Shown here in pieces: positions 59,560 to 64,000 of a DNA stretch of 64,000 bases. The DNA is from Gemmatimonadota bacterium (lineage in GTDB: Bacteria; Gemmatimonadota; Gemmatimonadetes; Gemmatimonadales; GWC2-71-9): NCBI GenBank assembly GCA_036679645.1, contig JAZDCY010000098.1, positions 1-64,000 on the forward strand, given 5' to 3'. Positions within the stretch are counted from its first letter, which is position 1. Every line of letters starts with the position of its first letter. A program made the position numbers and the translations under genes. The notes below the pieces were generated by a model. That model was not told the origin of the DNA, did no database searches, and saw nothing but the letters and a program-made list of their open reading frames with translations.

Positions 59560-60045
59560 GTGAGTCGCAGTCTGAACAGGATCATGTTGATCGGGAACCT
59601 CGGTGCGGATCCCGAGGTGCGAAGCACGGCAAACGGGTCGCGCGTGGCGACGTTGTCGGTGGCGACGAGCCGCCAGTGGACGAATCAGGCGGGCGAGCGC
59701 CAGGAGAAGACCGAGTGGCATCGCGTGGTGTTGTGGAACAATCGCGGTACGCAGCTCGCGGACATCGCAGAGAAGTACATGTCGAAGGGCGACCGGATCT
59801 ACGTAGAGGGCCGCATCGAGTACCGCACGTGGGAGGACCGCGAGGGCAAGACGCGGTACACCACAGAGGTCTCGGCTCGGGAGGTCATCATGTTGTCGCC
59901 GCGCGGTGCGGCGCTCGATGATCCGGACGCACCGACGGAGACGGCACCCCAGACAGCCCAGCCGGCTGTGGCGGAGTCGAAGAACGAATCCTACGAGGAT
60001 TTCCCCGAGACGCTGGATGAGGAGGAGGACGACCTCCCGTTCTGA
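59560..60045 (+). CDS. ssb: Single-stranded DNA-binding protein
   Basis: LIGNLGADPE, TEWHRVV and C-terminal DDLPF; SD GGAGG. Confidence 0.97.
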   Translation: MSRSLNRIMLIGNLGADPEVRSTANGSRVATLSVATSRQWTNQAGERQEKTEWHRVVLWNNRGTQLADIAEKYMSKGDRIYVEGRIEYRTWEDREGKTRYTTEVSAREVIMLSPRGAALDDPDAPTETAPQTAQPAVAESKNESYEDFPETLDEEEDDLPF

Positions 60046-60056
60046 ACGGTGCGCGC

Positions 60057-60085
60057 TGTAGGGGCGCACGGCGTGCGCCCCTACA
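60057..60085. repeat. Perfect GTAG-type REP-like palindrome
   Basis: TGTAGGGGCGCACG-G-CGTGCGCCCCTACA just downstream of ssb. Confidence 0.8.
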
Positions 60086-60275
60086 CGCGCGCATCTGGGT
60101 CGGCGTTATCCTGACCCCACCCGTGCGAGCCGGGAGCCACCTTGTGTACGGCTTGAGGCGAACCCGGCTATGGCGTTGATTCACAGGGACTTATATATTG
60201 TGGGCCGGCTGACGATCCTTATGAGTGCCTTGGTGGCTCGGGGACGGGTCGCCGCAGACGTTGAGAGGTAAGTCT

Positions 60276-61433
60276 ATGCCGCGCAAGAACTTTCGTTTGC
60301 ACATCGCGTTCCTTGGCCTAGCGCTGGTCGCGGCGGTGCCGCGGACTGCCCCGGCCCAGGACTCCCTGCAAGTAGCCGGGCAAGAGCAGGTACACATCGT
60401 CCAGGTTGGGGAAACTCTCTGGGAGCTGGCGCGCCTGTACATGGGCGATCCATTTCTCTGGCCTGAGATCTACCGGATCAACACGATGGTCGTGGAAGAT
60501 CCGCACTGGATCTTCCCCGGCGAGGAACTGCGCCTGGTTCCGGCGGACGAGACGGTGGTAGCTGTGGCACCGCCCGAGGGTGAGGTCCCGGAGACCGAGC
60601 AGGGTCTCGAGCGGCCGGTCGAGCCGGTCGTCGTTGCGCCTCCCCCGCCTCCGCCGCCCCCACCGGTGCAGCAGGATGCCCCGACAGTGTTCGTCGAGCG
60701 CCAGTCTGCGGCCGCACGTGCAATTCGTGTTGGGCTGACCTCGTCGTACCGCGCGGTGCGACGCGGCGATTTCTACTCGGCCGGTTTCTTGACCGAGGGC
60801 GATGATCTACCGTGGGCGGACGTCCGGGGCAACGTAGAGCCCGGATCGGCCGGTGGTCCGTTTGGGACCGCACCCGCAATGCTCCACGGACGGATTGGGG
60901 TTCGGGCGCCGAGCGGCGCGACCTATCACGTCGGCGATACGCTGTTAATCGCGGTGCTGCCGCGTGATGTCCCGGGTTGGGGACGGGTGGTACTCCCCAC
61001 CGGTCTAGCCCGCGTGACCTACGCGGCCGGCCGGGATATCGAGGCCGAGATCGTGAGCCAGTTCTCGCGTATCTCGAGCGGTCAGGTGGCGATGCCGGTC
61101 GAGCCGTTCCGGAGCACCGGTTCCGCTCGCCCGCAGCCGGTGCAGGAGGGCTTGTCTGCGCAGATCGTCGCCCTTCGCGACCTGCACCCTCTACCGAATC
61201 AACAGAACGTCATCTTCATAGATCGGGGACGTCAGGACGGCGTTATTCCCGGGGACATCTTCGAGGTCATCAGGCCGTCAAATGGTATGGGCGATCGGAC
61301 TCCGGACCGCGTGGCGACGATTCAGATCGTCCACGTGCGGGAGCGGTCATCTTCCGGCATGGTGCTGCAGATCGTCCGCACGGGAGTGCGGGATGGTGCG
61401 CCGGTGCGGCTGATCGCAAAGATGCCCTCGTAG
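60276..61433 (+). CDS. LysM peptidoglycan-binding exported protein
   Basis: Signal peptide; HIVQVGETLWELA...WPEIY...DPHWIFPG. Confidence 0.88.
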   Translation: MPRKNFRLHIAFLGLALVAAVPRTAPAQDSLQVAGQEQVHIVQVGETLWELARLYMGDPFLWPEIYRINTMVVEDPHWIFPGEELRLVPADETVVAVAPPEGEVPETEQGLERPVEPVVVAPPPPPPPPPVQQDAPTVFVERQSAAARAIRVGLTSSYRAVRRGDFYSAGFLTEGDDLPWADVRGNVEPGSAGGPFGTAPAMLHGRIGVRAPSGATYHVGDTLLIAVLPRDVPGWGRVVLPTGLARVTYAAGRDIEAEIVSQFSRISSGQVAMPVEPFRSTGSARPQPVQEGLSAQIVALRDLHPLPNQQNVIFIDRGRQDGVIPGDIFEVIRPSNGMGDRTPDRVATIQIVHVRERSSSGMVLQIVRTGVRDGAPVRLIAKMPS

Positions 61434-61567
61434 CGGACGCCGCAAGGAGCGGCGACCACTTAGGCGGCGGGGCTTGCCGGTCTCGGAGATGCTGACCGGA
61501 TAAGCGCCGCCGCTTTGCATACGGTTCAACGCAACAACCCGAACACGTACACGATCAGCGGAGAAAC

Positions 61568-62518
61568 ATGACGCGAAGGGTCTTGGTTTCTGGAGGGGCG
61601 GGGTTCATCGGCTCCCATATAGCGGAACAGTATCTCGAGAACAGTTACGAGGTCACTGTGCTCGACGACCTCTCGAGCGGCAAGCGGGAGAATGTCCCCA
61701 ACAGGGCAACCTTCGTGCAGGCCGACATCGGCTCATCTGAGGCGCGCAAACTACTCGCGACGGGTGGTTATACTGTACTGAATCACCAGGCCGCACAGAT
61801 GGATGTGCGCGTCTCGGTGCGCGATCCGATGCTCGACGCACGCACCAATCTCCTGGGCTTGCTCAACCTCCTCGAAGGCGCTCGTGCGGGCGGCGTCGCC
61901 CGCGTGGTCTTCGCCTCTTCCGGTGGAGTCGTGTACGGGGAGAGTGATGAGTTGCCGCACAGCGAAGGGGCGCGTAAGCTGCCCGTCTCGCCCTACGGTG
62001 TCTCGAAGCTCGGGTCGGAGTTTTATCTGGTCCAGTACGCGCTACTGCACGGGCTTACGGTGCGGTGTCTCCGATATGCCAACGTGTACGGTCCGCGTCA
62101 GAGCCCTCACGGGGAAGCCGGCGTCGTCGCCATATTCGGCAACAGGTTACGGCACGGTGAGGCGATCACGGTGTACGGCGATGGGGAACAGACCCGTGAC
62201 TACGTGTTCGTAGGCGATGTGGCCCGAGCCAATCTCCTCGCGACGACCGACGAGCTTGGCGTTCCGACGTCGATTGACGACGTAGCGTACAACGTAGGGA
62301 CCGGACGCGAGACCAGCGTCAACGCGCTCGCCGCGGCGCTCATCGAGGCATCGGGTGTGACCGTTCCCATCGAGCAGGCCCCGGCGCGGCCGGGAGAACT
62401 GCAGCGCAGTGCCGTGGGTGTGCACAAGGCCGCCGAACGGCTCGGCTGGAAACCCGAAGTGTCGTTGGAGGACGGGTTGCGCCGCACGTACGAGTGGATT
62501 TGCCAGGTGGCGATGTGA
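61568..62518 (+). CDS. NAD-dependent epimerase (UDP-glucose 4-epimerase-like)
   Basis: GGAGFIGSH, SPYGVSK and RYANVYGPRQ..GEAGVV motifs. Confidence 0.88.
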   Translation: MTRRVLVSGGAGFIGSHIAEQYLENSYEVTVLDDLSSGKRENVPNRATFVQADIGSSEARKLLATGGYTVLNHQAAQMDVRVSVRDPMLDARTNLLGLLNLLEGARAGGVARVVFASSGGVVYGESDELPHSEGARKLPVSPYGVSKLGSEFYLVQYALLHGLTVRCLRYANVYGPRQSPHGEAGVVAIFGNRLRHGEAITVYGDGEQTRDYVFVGDVARANLLATTDELGVPTSIDDVAYNVGTGRETSVNALAAALIEASGVTVPIEQAPARPGELQRSAVGVHKAAERLGWKPEVSLEDGLRRTYEWICQVAM

Positions 62519-63225
62519 TGTTACAGGTCGGCGGGGCGCTGCCCAGTTCTCCGTGGGAACTCGTGGCGACATCTAGTGGAGCAACCAAGTTCGTGCTGCT
62601 CGTGCTCGTGTCTTTTTCCCTGTTGAGCTGGTTTCTCATCGTGCTGAAATGGTGGCAGTTCCACCGCGTGCGCCGGGAAGGTGAGCGGTTCTTCGACTCG
62701 CTCGAGCGCACCAGTCGACTCGAGGATGCGTACCACGCGGTCATGAAACTGCCGCCATCGCCATACGGTCGCGTGCTGCGCGAGGGCGTGAACTTCTTCT
62801 CCGAACTGCGTCCCGGCGCGCTTCAGGGTACAGATACGTCCGCCGCAACGCTGACCTCAACCCAACTCGAGGCGCTCCGGATGGTGCTCGCGAAGGAGAT
62901 CAGTGCGGAGCGTGACCTGATGGCGCGCTTCCTCACCTGGCTCGCCACGATCGGTTCCGTGAGTCCGCTACTGGGTCTCCTGGGTACTGTGCTGGGTGTG
63001 ATGGACGCGTTCCTCGGCATCGCGGCGGGTGGGTCGGGGAACATCTCCACTGTGGCGCCCGGGGTGGCGGAAGCGCTGACCACGACCGTCGCCGGTCTTG
63101 CGGTCGCTATTCCCGCCGTCATCGCGTACAACCTCCTCGTCAACCGGCTCGGCCTCTTCGCGGGTGAGATGGAAGGCTTCGCGCACGAGATCGTCGGCAC
63201 ACTTGCGCGCGAGGGGCGGCTCTAG
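62518..63225 (+). CDS. MotA/TolQ/ExbB proton channel protein
   Basis: LATIGSVSPLLGLLGTV and APGVAEAL..T.AGL.VAIPA motifs. Confidence 0.93.
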   Translation: MLQVGGALPSSPWELVATSSGATKFVLLVLVSFSLLSWFLIVLKWWQFHRVRREGERFFDSLERTSRLEDAYHAVMKLPPSPYGRVLREGVNFFSELRPGALQGTDTSAATLTSTQLEALRMVLAKEISAERDLMARFLTWLATIGSVSPLLGLLGTVLGVMDAFLGIAAGGSGNISTVAPGVAEALTTTVAGLAVAIPAVIAYNLLVNRLGLFAGEMEGFAHEIVGTLAREGRL

Positions 63226-63226
63226 G

Positions 63227-63646
63227 GTGCGGTCGGGGCTGCGTGGCCACGGCGAGTTGCCACTCATGGCGGATATCAACGTCACGTCGCTCGTGGACGT
63301 CGCGTTCGTGTTGCTGATCATCTTCATGATCACCGCGCCAATCATGCAGGGCGGCGTAGATGTCCAGTTGCCGCGCGCAGAGGCGCGCCCGCTACAGCCA
63401 AACGAAGGGCTGATCGTATCGATCGACCGGCAGGGCCGCATTTACGTCGATGAGACGCCGCTAACGTACGAGGACTTTCGGGCGGCCTTCCCGGCCATGG
63501 TGTCCTCCCGCAACCCGTCCGGCGTCTACCTGCGCGCGGACCGTCGGGTCGAGTATGGGGTCGTGGTGCGTGTGATGGCAGTCATGACCCAGGCGGGTGT
63601 GACCAACCTCGGCGTGGTAGCCGAGGAGGAGGACATCCGGCGGTGA
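63227..63646 (+). CDS. ExbD/TolR protein
   Basis: INVTSLVDVAFVLLIIFMITAP and LRAD..V.YG motifs. Confidence 0.93.
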   Translation: MRSGLRGHGELPLMADINVTSLVDVAFVLLIIFMITAPIMQGGVDVQLPRAEARPLQPNEGLIVSIDRQGRIYVDETPLTYEDFRAAFPAMVSSRNPSGVYLRADRRVEYGVVVRVMAVMTQAGVTNLGVVAEEEDIRR

Positions 63647-64000
63647 GACATGCGGGGCGTGCCCGCAAGCAGATTCGCGCTGCGGCGACCGGCAGGCACG
63701 TCGCATCGATCGGCACGGCGACGCTTCACGTCCTGGTGGGGATCGTGCTCTTCGGTGCACCGCGCGTGGACGGACGCCAGCTGCCCCCGGTGTACCGTAT
63801 CGAGTTGGTGGCCGCGCCTAAGCCAAATCCGCAGGCGCGCCGCGCACCCCAGGCCGTCGAGCGGCCGGCCGAGCGCGTTGCGCCCACCCCGCGTCCGCGC
63901 CGCACGTCTGTTGCGGAAACGCCGCCGCCTCCGGAAGCGGAGCCGGCAGTGGAACGGGAGCCCGCCCCTCGGACCACCCCCGAGGCGGAGCCCCTGCCAG
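63643..64000 (+). CDS. TonB/TolA-like protein, N-terminal part (runs off the window)
   Basis: GTG overlaps the exbD/tolR stop; TM segment with T-x-x-L-H, then a Pro/Glu-rich linker; open to the window end. Confidence 0.7.
   Translation, partial: MRHAGRARKQIRAAATGRHVASIGTATLHVLVGIVLFGAPRVDGRQLPPVYRIELVAAPKPNPQARRAPQAVERPAERVAPTPRPRRTSVAETPPPPEAEPAVEREPAPRTTPEAEPLP

Noticed and set aside
61464..61516. Long GC hairpin upstream of the epimerase as a riboswitch or ncRNA
   Set aside because: No recognisable family motif. It is more simply a terminator-like or stabilising hairpin after the LysM gene.
1..64000. CRISPR array or cas genes
   Set aside because: The repeats found are 6-8-nt tandem units or single palindromes. 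There is no 23-47-nt repeat with unique spacers and no Cas-like ORF.

Overview
GC-rich bacterial chromosomal window. Gene content and order suggest Gemmatimonadota (inference, not verified). It is mostly housekeeping: peptidoglycan-sugar recycling (BadF-type kinase, sodium:solute symporter, GH3 NagZ-like, DUF1343 NamZ-like), a CDP-alcohol phosphatidyltransferase plus ino1, copper export (cupredoxin, copA, copZ), a 2-oxoacid dehydrogenase (E1a/E1b/E2), a redox/sulfur cluster (peroxiredoxin, trxB, Rrf2, moeB), tRNA-Leu(CAG), smpB, amidase, pyrD/pyrF, rpmJ-rpsM-rpsK-rpsD-rpoA-rplQ, rpmB, a long nucleotide-sugar/carB/murB operon, bamD, nadD, secA, radC, relA/spoT, uvrB, tsaE/tsaB, ssb, LysM and tolQR. 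Highlights: (1) a complete 3,455-bp IS1-family cargo-carrying element (26813-30267) with terminal inverted repeats and a perfect 9-bp target duplication. It carries a three-gene higB / higA-ImmA(HEXXH) / unknown module and two small ORFs, and its transposase has a D-to-G change at the first catalytic Asp. (2) A peroxiredoxin with an in-frame UGA at the peroxidatic Cys followed by a SECIS-like hairpin (probable selenoprotein, split by the ORF track). (3) An intact but catalytically degenerate IS200-like Y1 protein inside the dehydrogenase operon. (4) A Cys-rich microprotein in frame behind an amber stop. (5) Three conserved genes with similar short frameshifting deletions (possible assembly artefacts). 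(6) Heptamer/octamer tandem arrays and GTAG-type REP-like palindromes at gene junctions. No CRISPR array or rRNA was seen.
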